NCBI RefSeq assembly: GCF_025526975.1
Contig: NW_026515674.1
Span: forward strand, 558,001 to 622,000
Source of the DNA: Fimicolochytrium jonesii
Lineage: Eukaryota
Direction of reading: 5' to 3'
Length of the DNA: 64,000 bases
Part shown: positions 22,015 through 35,608 of the stretch, piece by piece
Numbering within the stretch: position 1 is the first letter of the stretch
Layout: each line of letters begins with the position of its first letter
Program-made: the position numbers and the translations under genes
The notes under the pieces: generated by a model
The model's input: only the letters and a program-made list of their open reading frames with translations
Told to the model about the DNA's origin: nothing
The model's database searches: none

Positions 22015-23840
22015 ATGGCTCTTCAAATTTTGATCTATGCGGCGTTCTTGTTATGTACCGCAGGCTTGCGAGCAGCACCGCTCGAACCAACGTCGGGATT
22101 ACTATTCGGCGCATGGCTGGGTGAGTTCGCGAATATAGGCATGAATGTTGAGACGGACATGGAAAGAAAACTGAGCGTCCGAGCATTTGTAGATACTCAC
22201 CCAAACCAAGACACCCCAGCCGCGTTCAACAAAAGGCTAGGGCTCAATGCGACTCTGTTCCAGATGGCATTAGAGATCCCAATCAACCCGTCCGAAGCTC
22301 TACCCACCCATCTCTTAGACGGTCTTGGTGGTAATCCCATTCTTTTACTCACGCTGTTCCCACGATTCAACTACACCTTCTCCGGAACCGGCAATGATGC
22401 TTTTTACCAGATTGAGAGAGGTACTGTCATATTAGAGGTGGCCAATCTGATCGCGGGATACGCCGCGAATGGACGGCGGGTCATGGTCCGTATAGCATCG
22501 GAGATGAATGGTGAGGCTCGGCGGAATGGTGGGGCATCCTCTTTCACAGCGGCCTCTCTGACCTGACAATGCCATATTAGGGAATTGGTACGCGCATGGA
22601 CAAAGACCTCTGCGATACAAAGCGCTATGGCAGAAGATCGTGACGGCTGTGCGCACTCGAGTGGCATCAGTAACGACTTCCGCTGACTCCGTGGCGTTCT
22701 TGTGGTCGCCAAATACGGGCAATGGATATCCGTTCTATGGGGGTTCTTTCGCCCCGTTCACCAGCTCAAATGGACCATACAATCGAAGCACCAGCGTCAA
22801 CGCAACCGAATTCGCCGCGTTGGACACCAATGGAGACGGTGTTCTGGACAATCAGGTAGGTTCCTACCGGCACCATCAAGTATAGTGCAATGTCCTAAGA
22901 GCACGTTACCCTCATTCAAAGGATGATCCATACGATCCCTATTGGCCAGGCTCCGAGTGAGTGCATACCTACCTCTGTGCGCGCTCTCTTTGACGGAAAG
23001 AACATTGATTTACTTCCATTTGTCCAGCTACGTCGATTGGGTTGGTGTTTCCCTATACTACTTCGGAACGTAAGCGCGTATGGGTATCTTCCCCCCTCGG
23101 ACTTGATTTGAGGTGCTCCCAATGGCTAACTCGTTTGTCCAGCGTTTTCCCTTGGAATGCCAATGTCGTCCCGCCAAGTACATATATTCGCAACATTTTG
23201 GACGGCGTTCAAGGTGTAGAGACGTCCGCAGCCAACCGTACCATCTCAGAATTCGATTTCTACGACAAGTACGCATCGTCTCGAGGGTATAACAAGCCAA
23301 TGATGATATCGGAGGTGAGTTCAGATACTTCGATTCCCTATCGCGTAATTACATATACAGAATCTAACTAGACGCTAGACCGCTTCCGCTTTTCATGTTT
23401 ATTGGTACGGGTACCCGAACGTCACAATCGACCCGGGGCCGGGGGAGCTGGCGATAAAGCAAAGCATATGGCGGGAATACATTACCAACGAAACGTTCTT
23501 CGCTGCACACCCCCGCATCAAAGGCATTTGCCTCTTCGAGTGGGCCAAGAACGAAGAGCAGACGTTCCGGGACTACCGTATCACATGGAATTCCACGATT
23601 CTCAACGCGTTCAAAGCTGATTGGCTTCCCATGACGCAGACACGTTATCTTGCAAATGCCACTGCCGTTCCCGCGAAGAACGACACTTCAAAGGGTGGGT
23701 CAACGGGTGGTTCAACGGGGGGTGGCAGTGGGTCTCCGCCACGCGACACTTTCGTGTCCGGCAGCGTGCAGGTGTCTGGAGTCACAACTGCGATTAGCGC
23801 CGGGTTTATTCTATATGCAGCATTCCGGTACCTTGCATGA
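22015..23840 (+). CDS. Secreted glycoside hydrolase family 26-like protein with C-terminal TM/GPI signal
   Basis: Signal peptide; RIASEMNGNW (acid/base Glu), WSPN, YWPG.DYVDWVGVSLY, KPMMISET (nucleophile); S/G-rich linker and hydrophobic C-terminus. Confidence 0.8.
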
Positions 23841-24174
23841 TAGGCTAGACCTTGCTGTGACAGTTAGTTGATTTTTTTCCTTACATGAAATTGCGAATGT
23901 TAAGAGGGATGTCGTGGCTCCAGATCCCTTCACGCTCGTTCCCTGTTCTATGCCATGTGAGATCGATAACAAATTCCGCTGGATAGCAGCGTATGCTTCG
24001 CACTCAGAGACTATCTCCCGGCCGACGGCTATTGCCAGTATCTCTGTTGGCAATGTAGCAGACGGCGTCGGTACACGCGCTGTCAAATTATCCTGACTCC
24101 GCTCTGTGCGTCTCTGTGTAGGCTTCCCTCTTGCTCCGATTGATGCAGCTAAGTGGAATCACTTGGAATCAATC

Positions 24175-25205
24175 ATGCCAAAGCGAGGAAAGAGTGGCCG
24201 GAAGGCAGCGTCAGCGGCTCCATCAGCGCCAACGGAAATCATTGTTCCCGAGGAAACCAGGTGGGTGTCTTGCGGTCGTTTGCTTGCCCTCCGTAAACGA
24301 GGCAAAAGTCGATAACTGTCTTTCAACCCCAGGCTCGCATGGATGAAGAAAATCAAGAAAGGTGAGCTGCACCCATTCCACTTCAAAAGTGAACTGTTGT
24401 GAGCTAATGCAGATGATTTGCCATGATATGCCTTCAGCTTTCGACACTTTTGATCAAGCAGAAAACCAGATGTGCGATGGTAAGGTGCTCGTAACCCTTG
24501 GATGTGAGGGGTTTTCGTTCAACAGCGCAAATTGCAAATCTCATTCTACCCTTCAGTACGAGAAGTCGGAACTATCATTCGATCGCTTGGCCTGTTTCCA
24601 TCGGAGGAACAGCTCCGTGGATACATTGCGGAAGTAAGCATTCGAAATCCAACCTTGAGGCCAACTGTTCCCAGTTTCCATGTTGAAAGACGGCATTGAA
24701 TCCACACTATACAGATGGAGGATGAGGAGAAAACGGGATACATCTCTTTCGAAAGGCTGCAGAAGGTTGCATTTCGGCTTTTGACGAACAATCCCATGAG
24801 GGACGATGAGGAGGTCAGTTACCACTTGAAGTTGAACGCTTTTACAATCACGAGACTGAAAAGCTACTCCAAAAATCTCCAGAAACTCTATCGAGCATTC
24901 CTAGTAGGTCCAGAAAGGATATAACATCGCCTCGCCCGATTACCATCCTTATGCAGTACGTAGGCACTTGACACGGACAATAAAGGTTACTTAACACCAG
25001 ACGACCTTCGGGAATACATGATGTCGGAAGGGGAGCCTTTTACAAAAGATGAAATGGACGAAATGTTGATGGTATGTGCTGATTCGGGGGCTCTACTGTC
25101 AGAACATCATTCCAAGCTGAGTTTGGTCCCCTCAATCAGGCATGCACGGATCCGACCGACGGGAAGATATGGTTCGAAGATTATGTGACAGTTCTGGCAC
25201 AATGA
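24175..25205 (+). CDS. EFCAB2: EF-hand protein, EFCAB2/dynein regulatory complex subunit 8-like, multi-exon
   Basis: Exons encode AFDTFD, VREVGTIIRSLGLFPSE, MEDEEKTGYISFE, AFLALDTDNKGYLT, EGEPFTKDEMDEML. Confidence 0.75.
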
Positions 25206-25491
25206 CGTATACATTCGAGCGAAGGTCAGATGGGGAAATGAAGTATATTTAGCCTGATATCAAGTTGTTGCGTACTGCGAAATGAATGACTTGAATGAGA
25301 AAAACTAAAGTGTGGAGAGTAAACGAAGGAGTTACGACAGATCTGCTGTTGGAGTCCGAGTACGCCAGTGGGGAGTTCAAACCCGAGTCTCACGCTGTAT
25401 AGGTAGTCATCGCAGATACGGCCGCCGGAAAGTAGATACCACAGAAACAAACTACACTACAGTACGAATGAAATGGCCTTGGCCATTTGGC

Positions 25492-27826
25492 TTATTGGGC
25501 TGCCGAGGCTGCGGGCTCGTATATCACAATGCCATCGTACATTTCAGCGTTCAGTTGCATGGCCACTTGGGGGTTCTTGAAGACTGTAACGAGGAGGGTG
25601 GATCAGCTCCAAGTATGTCTACTAAGCGATTGTCTCTGAAGACCTACCACCAATCTTTAAGGTGTCCACTTTGAGCTGGGCAAAGAAATTCGTATGAATC
25701 GCTCTGCCCATCCCTTCAATGACCAGGAAGTCGACGCCTTGACATGATGCAGCCAGTTCTTCACCGACCCTGCGGAGGTTCAAACACGGACCGCTCATTC
25801 CGGTCTCTACCACACCCAAGCGCTTTTCAGTCCACGCGGATTGGAGGGTAGGGTCCGACAGATTGGTCAGCAACAGTCGCAGTTCTTCTGCGGTAATGTC
25901 GTTCACGGAAGGAGAGGTGTTTGCGGCAAGTATCACTTGCGTGCCTTTGCTGAGGAGGAATCTTGCAAACGGCAGGATTCCGAGGACGATGTCGGCTCCG
26001 CTGTTGTCCACAAAAATCAGGGCCTTGCGGTAAGGTGCCTGAGACTGATCCAGCAAGCGCGCCTTCAGTTGCGGGGTTCCGTCGAACTTGGACGGCCTGC
26101 CCACTTTTTCCTTCGCGGTCTCAAAGTCCAGTACTCCTTGTCGAAGGAGCTCCTGAACAGCAGTGGATCCCCAGTCATACATGTTCCCGGCCAACACGTT
26201 CGAGATCAACGTCTCGAATCTCTGACCTTCCTCGAGGGCGTCCACACGTTTGAGTAGGGCAGGCAGGCCAGCTACGGCGGCCTCGTTCTCGTTTTGCTTT
26301 ACGGCGGAAAAAATGTCGGTAAATCCCATTTCCCGCAAACATTGCTCCCGAAGGTCAAGCAATGACCGCACGGAGAGCACCCCGTATGCCGTGGGTTCTT
26401 TGCGCAATCGCCGGAGGTGTTCCCTATACATCGACTCGAAGCTTGACGCACGGTCGGCTGAATCCGCGGATGCAATTGCTTCATTCTCACCGTCGGGATC
26501 GGCTCTGTATTGCAATGCCATCGACGTAAGGGAAGCCAAGTTTCTGTCGAGAAGGTCTATCCAGTATTGCTGGAGCGTCACCGATTTCGAAAGATCGGTG
26601 GTGTCGGGATTGTAAACGGCAGGGTTTCGCAGAAGGGGGAATTGAGTGAGGTTGATTGGGAACTGATCTAAGGTCCCAACGGCGCTCAATGCTGTTCCCG
26701 AGATTCTCTCAACGCGCGTAAAATTCTCTGTGAATGACTTTGGTCGGTCCCGTTGAGGATAGTGCCTGAAGAAGGCGCCCATCGCACCGAGGTAGCCTTC
26801 GTGTCTCAGGAACAGCGCCATGATTTTGCCTTTCGACCAGAAGTTGATAGCATAGCTCAGGGTGTTCATGGTGATGGGATGGCCTCGAATGAAGAACCCG
26901 CTAAAGTAGATTCTTTGTATTCCGTGTGCTTGGGCGTTAAGGTAAGCGATTTGTCCAATGTTGTTGCTCACAAGGTAGAGCAAGGACCGAGAGATATCCT
27001 CTTGGCGGAACTTGTCTTTACGTTCAGCCGCAGGGGTCTTAAAAACCTTTCCAAATGACGACGCAATTGCCGAACCCTTAAGCCCAATCTTGGGGTAGTC
27101 GCCCCCGTAAATATCTCCGACCAACATATCCACGTTCTTGTTGTCTCCAGACTTGGAGAGTTCGAGCATCTCGTCGTAATCCGTGGCATCCGTCAACAGC
27201 GACAGAAGACCCCACAGAGTCCCCCCTCCCAAAGCCGATCCGCTAATTCTCTCATAGGTGGATTCGCTGGTGACTTTGAGAATACTGACTCCTGAGCCAA
27301 TGTTCACCAACATGTAGGGAAATAGCTCAGGCGGTGTGGATTCGTATTGTAGCGGTTCCGGGCGACGTTCATCGTACGTGAAAACTTCTGAGGAGATTTG
27401 CCGGACCAAGAAGTTGAGTCCGGATATAAGGCACTCCATCTCATCCTCTCGTTCCATCTCAACGCCGAGCTTTTCGCGGAAGAGGTCATAGAACTTGTGC
27501 GCACCACCTCCCGTCGCTTTGATGACTCGTTTCTCCAATGGGATTTGGCCATGATAAGCATCATAGAGGACATTGTAGATGAAATCAACGCATTGATCGA
27601 TGTGTTGCGTTTCGAACTTGACAAAGTTCATCCGCCCTCCGGGTTTCCCCGGTGTACGCGAGAAGTACACCACTTTCGCCAAACTTCCCCCGATATCGAC
27701 TGCTATCTGAGCGACATCCTCCATCTGGTGAGGGAACAGAATGTCCTTCGTCTCTTGCTTTCCCCCTCGGTCCTCGCTGATGGCTACATCTCTGAAGTTC
27801 AGATTGTTTCGGTTTGAACTGGTCAT
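25492..27826 (-). CDS. Type II pantothenate kinase fused to DUF89/ARMT1-like phosphatase (PANK4-like architecture)
   Basis: Kinase motifs AVDIGGSLAK, ATGGGAHKF, EDEMECL, LVNIGSGVS, GGGTLWGL, HEGYLGA. DUF89 motifs LAGNMYDWG, FVDNSGAD, IEGMGRAIHTN. One short 3' intron. Confidence 0.93.
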
Positions 27827-28376
27827 CCTTGTCGACTGTGGGAGGAGAAGCGCTATGCCACCGGTCCGTCACAAATCCTGCTCGGTCTTTGTCGAGCTAG
27901 AGTCGAAATGGGCCAGTCCTTCTCCTATGTAGGCGCTGATGGGAGTTGTCCGCTCTTCGTCTTGCGGTGGTTCGAACGTCAAGAGTCCCAGTTGACAGCC
28001 AAATATTGCAGCGCCGAGTGCAGCGGGGACGTGTTGTGAGCACATCCTCGAAATCCTCGAAAGCCAGTTTCGCTTCCCGAGCTCACGTGTTGCGATCGTT
28101 GGCCACTGTTGCAGACTGTTGTGACATCGGCCTACCAGCTCCCACCAGGCTGCCAGCGTTCTGAAGTGTCGCGGCAACAGCAGAAGCAACAGCAACACTG
28201 CGTAGAGCTAGATAGTGGCCAGGGCTTATACAGTAGGCGTGGGACAACCACTATAGAAACCGGGGTCCCCATCTCACGCGTGGGCTTTGTAAGGACCGTT
28301 TGCGCAGGGGGAGAAGACGTCCGCCCACGGTCCCAGGCCGCTTCTTATTGTCAGCGGGCTCTGCCGTACGGTGGAT

Positions 28377-31300
28377 ATGCTGGCCGACGCCACTGTCGGG
28401 GTTCCTGTTCGCCCGGCAACGGCAGAAGATAATATGGACGATGACTGCCCAGAGCAATTCCGTTCCTTTTTCCCAGAAACAGACGAGGTCAAACAGTCGT
28501 TGGCGCAACTGGTTGGCATATTGGAGCAGTTGAACAGGGACATAGAGGCTTTATCGACGCAGAGCGATGACTGGAAACCACACATACCGGATATCACCAA
28601 TGAGGATCAGCTGAAGTTTAACAAAGTGCAACTGATCTGTGGGAAGTACCAAGAGCAACCACACCTCCTTGATCCGCATCTTGAGGATCTGGTGCAGCCT
28701 CTGATGGAGAACCTCAGCGTCATTTTGTCATCTGTCCATGATTTTGATTCGGCAAAACGCAAAGATCTCGCGGTGCAAATCAAACCGGTGCTAGCCCCGT
28801 TCTTGTCCTTCATGTACTGTTTGACGAAAGTTCGCGGATACAAAACTGTCGTCAAGCTCTTCTCGCACAAGGTCGTGGACTTGGAGCCGGTGGCATTCTA
28901 TCTGGAGGTTATGATGGAGCACGAGGACGCCTCTTTTTGGGAAGGACGTTATGTGCTTCTGTTGTGGTTATCTTTGCTGAGCATGGTCCCATTTGATCTG
29001 CGAACTATCGACAGCGGTTCAGGAGGCGGAGGCTTACAACTTGTGGAACGGATTCTGAACATTGCGAAGCACTATCTTTATGCGGTGGGAAAGGAATACG
29101 AAGGAGCAGCTCTCCTTATGATGAGGATCATCACGAGAAAGGACACCGCCCCGGAGCATCTGACGAAGTTTGTTCTTTGGGCAACGGAACAGATTCAAGG
29201 AAGTGAAAATGTGTTCAATTTTCGAGGCCTTCTCCTCGCTTTGTGTGCAATCTTCGAGGGCGGAAGGAGAGAGCTCCTGCTACCCGCTGTGGACGCTGTG
29301 CTTCCCTGCTGTGCTCTTATAGACGACCCGTTTGTTCAAAACAATGCCCTCCTGCGAAAACTTCTCATGAAACTCACTCAGCGTGTGGGCCTTGCCCTTA
29401 TGCGACCACGCACGGCAAAGTGGCGATACGACAGGGGTAGTCGATCTCTAGAGGTCAACCTCGCACAAATTGGCTCGGAGAGTAAGAACGGCGTCGAAAG
29501 CTGTGACACACCTGACGATGACGACGACGATGATTTTGTGCCCGAGTCGATGGAGACGATCGTTGGGATTCTCCTGAATGGCCTGCGTGATAAGGATACC
29601 ATCGTGCGATGGTCAGCAGCCAAGGGAGTAGGCAGGATCATGGAGCGGCTTCCAAAAGATCTTGGACAGGACATTGCAGCTTCGGTGATTGCGCTGCTCT
29701 CCGAAGATATTCTGCCTGGATACGACGGCAGCACGTATGATCTCTCCCAAGTGTCGGACTCAACTTGGCATGGGAGCTGCTTAGCGCTAGCCGAACTATC
29801 GAGACGCGGCTTGCTGTTGCCAGACAAATTGGAGGAAGTCGTTCCGTGGCTGTTGCTCGCTTTGAAGTTCGATCTGCGACGCGGCACTCACTCGGTTGGA
29901 GCTCATGTCCGAGACGCAGCATGCTACGTGTGCTGGTCTTTTGCACGCGCGTACGCTCCAGGAGTCATCAAGCCATTCGTGCATAAGCTGGCAGAGGCAC
30001 TGGTCGTCGTTAGCTTGTGCGATCGTGAGATCAATATTCGGCGCGCCGCTTCCGCCGCCTTTCAAGAGAACGTTGGGAGACAGGGTTTGTTTCCCCACGG
30101 CATCGCGATCGTCACAGCTGCCGATTATTTCGCCGTAGGCAATAGGTCAAATGCTTTCTTACACCTAGCCGTCGAGATTGCGAAGTTTCCCGAGTACTTC
30201 AAATCCATCAGTGCCCATATTGCAAACGTCAGTCTAAGGCATTGGGACAAGCCCATGCGGGAGTTGGCCGCAGAGGCGTTGGCTAGATTGGTCCCTATCA
30301 ATCCCCGGTACATCCAATCTGAGGTTTTGCCGAGTCTGGTAAGCATTCAACTGAGTTCTCGAAACTTGTTTGCGCCTGCAATACTGAGTGGTGAATGCAG
30401 GTTGCCCACATTGCTTCGCCGGAATTGGATGTCCGCCATGGGTCCTTGCTGGCTGTTGGACAGATCTGCCTGGCTCAGTATAAGTGCGTCCCTGTGGCCG
30501 ATGGGAGTCCTGGATGGTGGAACACGGAAGGGTGCGAAGCTATGACCAAGGTGAGCTTCATAATTTCATTCAAGTAGGTTGGAAGTGATACAGATTGGTG
30601 GATCATATCTAAACATTCCACCCGTTCAGAGCATCGCGGACTGTTTGTCTTCATATCCATCGCAGTATCTTGATGGCTTCGGCAGTGAGCAAACTCGAAT
30701 GGGATGCTGCCAGCTCATTGGTTGCTTGGCAGAGGCTGAGTGGCCGCCAATAGTGCAGAAGTCGCCGGCCCTGATCGACTCCTGCTGGCGGATTGTGACT
30801 GGCTCGCTAGAGCAGCGCGTACAACCCGGTCAACTAGCGGCCGCTCGCGCTGTCAGCGAACTGAATCGCTGTGCATCCATGGACGTCGCTACTCTCGACG
30901 CCTACTTGGCGGGCATCAGCCCGCTTGGCAACAAGTTCCGCCGGCAAGGTTATTCTCTTGCGCTTGGTGAACTGACTGGCTTCGTTCTGCGCACTCACGT
31001 GGCACGGATTGTGGATGCCCTACTGGAAGCATCGAATATTCAGCCAGAGAAAACACATGATGATGCGGAATCAAAGCGCAACGCTATCCAAGCGCTAACT
31101 AGTATCTGCGTGAATCTTGGTTCGGAGCTACCGACCGTCATCTCGCACGCAAAGTATCAAGAGATCCTGCGAGGTTTGATCAATGGAATGCATGACTACA
31201 GCACCGATTCCCGCGGAGATGTTGGGTCTTGGGTCCGCCAGGCATGTATCCTGGCGTTTCAGCAGATGGTGCCTTTGGCGGTCCAGTACCCAACAGCAAT

Positions 31301-32484
31301 ATCAGACGGACGTGCCTACATCTCACCAGAAATGGGCCACCAAATAATGGGCGAAATCTGCCAACAAAGCGTGGAGAAGATTGATCGCATGCGGGAATGT
31401 GCAGGGAATGCTCTGCTGTACTTGTTGTGGAAGGTACCATCCTTCGACTTTACGGGGCGGGACGAGTTGAGGAGTTACATACCGGAGGAGACGACTGTGA
31501 GTTGGAGCACGGGAGCAGAAGTGTATCCCATTATGACGAATGCGTTGCGAGCCGCCACGTTTCGGGTGCGGATTTTGAGTGGACTTGTGCTCAGCATTGG
31601 CGGTCTGTCGGAGAGCCTGGTAAGTTTGGCGGCCTGATTGAGAGAACGAGACTCGTGGTACTGAGTTCTTGCCATCGCAGGTCCGCCATTCCGGCAGCAG
31701 CTTCGTATCGTTCGCAGCGTCTCTCTCTGAGCAAGCGATCGATACGTCAGGCACAGGCCCAGAAATGACGATCCCCGATCTGTTCTCCGCCCTTTTGCAA
31801 GTGTTCAAGACCTACCATCGGCAAGATCGGGTCTCCATCAGCATCCTGGAAACAATCGACCTACTCTTTGGATGCGGTGCCTTCGCGCGATACACCTCAG
31901 GTGAAGCATATTTCAAGGAACTGTTGGCACTCACAAAGAAAGAAGTGTTCAAGAGCCGAGATGTGAAGAAGCTGCTGGCTGGTATCAAAGTGTAAGAGGC
32001 TTGATGCTATCTCCTTTGCAGATGAGTCGAAGCCTACTAACCGCATACCTTTTGTTCTTCAAATCCAACAGGCTCTGCGGTTTCGCGTCTCTGCGTGGAA
32101 TTGAGGGCCCGCTCATGCCCGAAATCAAAACAACCGCGCTGAGTCAGCTCATCCTCTACCTGGTTCATCCGTTCCCAAAGATTCGAAGTGCGGTAGCTGA
32201 GCAGCTGTACCTTACCATATCGGCGGAGGAACCTGTGGACTTCGTCGAGGGCGAGGAGCTTCCCGACGAGATGGAGGACACCGAGGATGCGGAACGGGGT
32301 AGACGGGCTGACGCTGAGGATATTTTGCTGAGCACGGATTGGTAATGTGTTGTCTGAAAGAAGTTTTCACGCGACACCCGTACAAACAACTCTCTTGCAT
32401 CTTCTTAGGGATCAACCGGTTGCGCAACTGAAGAGCGTTCGAGAGAAGCTGAAGGAGCTGTTGCTGCCGTCGGCCGCTCAATAG
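28377..32484 (+). CDS. TBCD: Tubulin-folding cofactor D, multi-exon
   Basis: Motifs YQEQPHLLDPHLE, KVRGYK, DTIVRWSAAKGVGRI, WHGSCLALAEL, VRDAACYVCWSFARAY, DYSTDSRGDVGSWVR. Confidence 0.95.
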
Positions 32485-32650
32485 ACTTCAGGCAACATTG
32501 CGCTGAGAGGGACGGCGAAGTAGGGAGAGTTGTGATTTGCAGAGAGCGCGGCGTGTTTACGTATATTTTTCGTAAAAGAACAGATAGATTAATTACATGA
32601 TTGGGAATCAACAGCCCACGAGTAAACAATGATGCACCCCACAGCTTCAT

Positions 32651-35608
32651 TCAGCACATCAACACCAACATCTTGTTCATGGCCGTCAGCGTGTCCCCCG
32701 GTATCCTATACTGCAGTGACCCGGCAAACAAGGTCAGAGCTTTTGCCAGATCCTTCAGCTCGGTCAACTGCCGATCGCGGTGGGACGCCTCATGATTCCC
32801 GACGCGCTGCCTCGTTACGCTCTGATACGACTCAAACACGAGTGTGCTCGCAGCGACTAGCACATCCGGCATGACTTTCGTCACCAGGTCGTTGAGATGC
32901 TTGAACTGATTGGCACATTGCTGGATCTCCTGCATGTCCGTACGCGTAGGGACGAGACTAGTATTGAGGAGATGTGGAAGGGCCTCGTTGGCGGTGGCAC
33001 CGCGCGTGCATGCGCGCATGAATCGCGTGAGAGCCAGCAGGAGCTCGCAGGTTTGCCGGGCGTCTGGATCGATCTTGTTCGCCATGAACGGGTGTGCTTG
33101 GTAGTACTGCAGAACCTGTTGGGCGAGTTCGGCGGGGTCACTTTCTTTCGGGAACACGTCGGCTCGTCCGCTTTGGTGGAGGCTAGCATCTTGCGATCCT
33201 GAGGCCCGAGCGTCGTCGCGGTAGCGTTGTTCGAGCAGTCTGTCGCTGAGTTGGCGGTTGAGGAGATCGACCACGCGGCCGTGTTCACCTGCCAGGTTCA
33301 GAAGAAGGATGGCTTCCTGATACCGTCCTTCCCGTTCGGCAGAATCAGCGGCGGGGATGGTGACAAAATTACGGAAATCTTCCGTGCTGTAAATGTGGAC
33401 GAGGTTCTGGTATCGCTCGGCTTCTCCGGGGGTTCGGGTTCCATTTGGATGAGTTTCTCCGACCAATGCCTCGAACTCCCCGGATGTCAGCACGATGTCC
33501 CTGATCAGCTTGTGAGCGTAGCTGGTGTATTTTCGGCCGCTGCTTTGGGAGATGCTGCTGTCTCCACCACCGGCCAAACGCTTAGCATCCTCCTGAGATA
33601 GAGGTAAACCGAGGAAGCCGAGCCACAGGACGAACTGCAAAGCCCCGAGTGGATTGCCGGGAGCAAGATTGTGAACGCACTGGTTTACAATATGCGGCAG
33701 GTTGAAGAGCCTCAACTGGTATGCTCCCCCAGGCCGCTGCAGCGTGTCTCCGGGAATGAGGAACTTCCCGCCGTAAACGTCAGTCGGGTTTGGTGGAACG
33801 CGAAGGACCCCATAGTGCGCCATAGTCAGTGCGAAGAAGATGGCATCGACTGAGAAGCCATCATGCCCAATCATTTCGGCAACGACATACTCGAACTCGC
33901 CGACGAGCATGAGGACCTGGATCCATGACGTAATATTCTTATAGTGGCCCGACCCACTCTTTGTCAGCTGGAGGGCCACGTCGCGAAGCGTGTAGTGGTC
34001 CTGCGTTGGATCAGACTCTAAAGCCCGTTCTTGGCTGAGCCCGAGCAGTAGCCAGACGTAGTCTTCCGTTGACTCTAGTGCGCGCAGCTGGCTGACACTC
34101 TTGTTCTGCATGTCGCAGCGACCCAAGAGTTTATACAAGACCATTTTGTATGGATCCACTTGTGCGACGGCGGCCTTATCCCTCATCTTGCTGTTCCACT
34201 CCTTGAGTAACCGGTTTCGCATATCAGGGCTGAGACGTCTTGAGGGATCACGCATCCACGCTTTGAAGTATACTGGGAAGTCGGGTGACGCCGATTGCAA
34301 GAACGCAGTGTTGCGCTCGATAAAGTCATTCGCGTCTCTCACTAGCCCGCAACGAACAAGGGTATAGATGTGGGCCCAGAAAGGATGTCCTTCCACGATT
34401 TGCAGTGGTGCTGCCCAGTGCGTGCTATTTCCCAAAAGGCGCTGTCGCAAGAATGCACGCACTTCATCGTGAATCGTCGGGGTTCCGCCAAGGGGCACCC
34501 GCTCTTTTCGGAGCAGACCCTTGAGGAATCCCAGATACTCGTCTTCCAAAAATGTGCGCGAGCCCTGTGCCAGTTGCTGCCGGAATGCAATCGCTTCCTG
34601 GCTATCTGATGTGTCGTTGTAGAGCTTTGCGAATTGTCGTGCTTTCAACATTGGCCTTTTGGGATCTCGCACGTGCCTAGGATCTTGCCCCAGCATGCGG
34701 TACAACAAACCCCAGAACTTGACGCCCTGGACTTGAAGGGGCTCGTTTGTGCATACACGTCGAGCTGCATCCCAGAATGCGATAATAGACTCCATATCTT
34801 GTCCCTTCCGGCGCTTCTCGTTCAGATCCTTCAGCGCATTTGCGTACGCTGCAAACCGCGGGTTATTCATGTAATCTGCAAGGTTCAGGTTGATTAGAGA
34901 TGGCAGGCGCGCGAGGACTCTTGATCGAACTCACTCTTTAGCGCATTTCCAAGACTAGCCGCTGAAGGCATGCTTTGTCCACTAAGTCTGTCCCGGTTCG
35001 CTAGGAGGAGAAAAAGTGAGTAAAGAGACTGACATGATCTGAAAGTGCCTAGTTTAAGACTCACGTTGCGATGATCGGAATGCACCTGATTGATCTTTAT
35101 TTGCCCACGACGTGTGATGCTGTCCCAATTCTTGAAAGACCTTCTTCCTAACGCGCTCCCAGTCTCGATATAATAAACGCTCAAATGAATCCTCGAAGGC
35201 TTTTCCTGTCCCTCGCTTCGTATCCAATATGGCTCCCGTGACAATGTTCTGATACTCGTTCTTCAAGTATCCTTCGATATCAGTATCACCGACAGCGGTC
35301 AAAGGTTCGAGCGATTGAGTGAGGTCAATCTGGTCCAGGGTCTGACGGACTTTCTCGTGGTCGAATCCTTTGTTGGCGAGAAGATAGATCGCACGAGTAT
35401 CGAGTCCAACCGCTTGAGCACCCCCAGCTCCGCTTGCTGCTCCCATTTCCGCCACTCGCGTGGTTCGTTTGAATAGGCGTTTTGAGTCAGCATCAATCTG
35501 GTCGAGCGTTCGCTCTAGCTGAGGAACGTCGGTACGAACAACGTGATTGGTGAGCTGCCGAGACTGCTCGTAGAGCAGGGGTAGCCCTGACGTAGCTCCT
35601 CCGTTCAT
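32651..35608 (-). CDS. NIC96: Nucleoporin Nic96/Nup93
   Basis: N-terminal LYEQSRQL...VPQLERTLDQI and DTDIEGYL; later WAHIYTLVRCG, DPYKMVLYKLLGRCD, STEDYVWL, LTLFAGSLQYRIP. One intron near 34990-35065. Confidence 0.92.
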
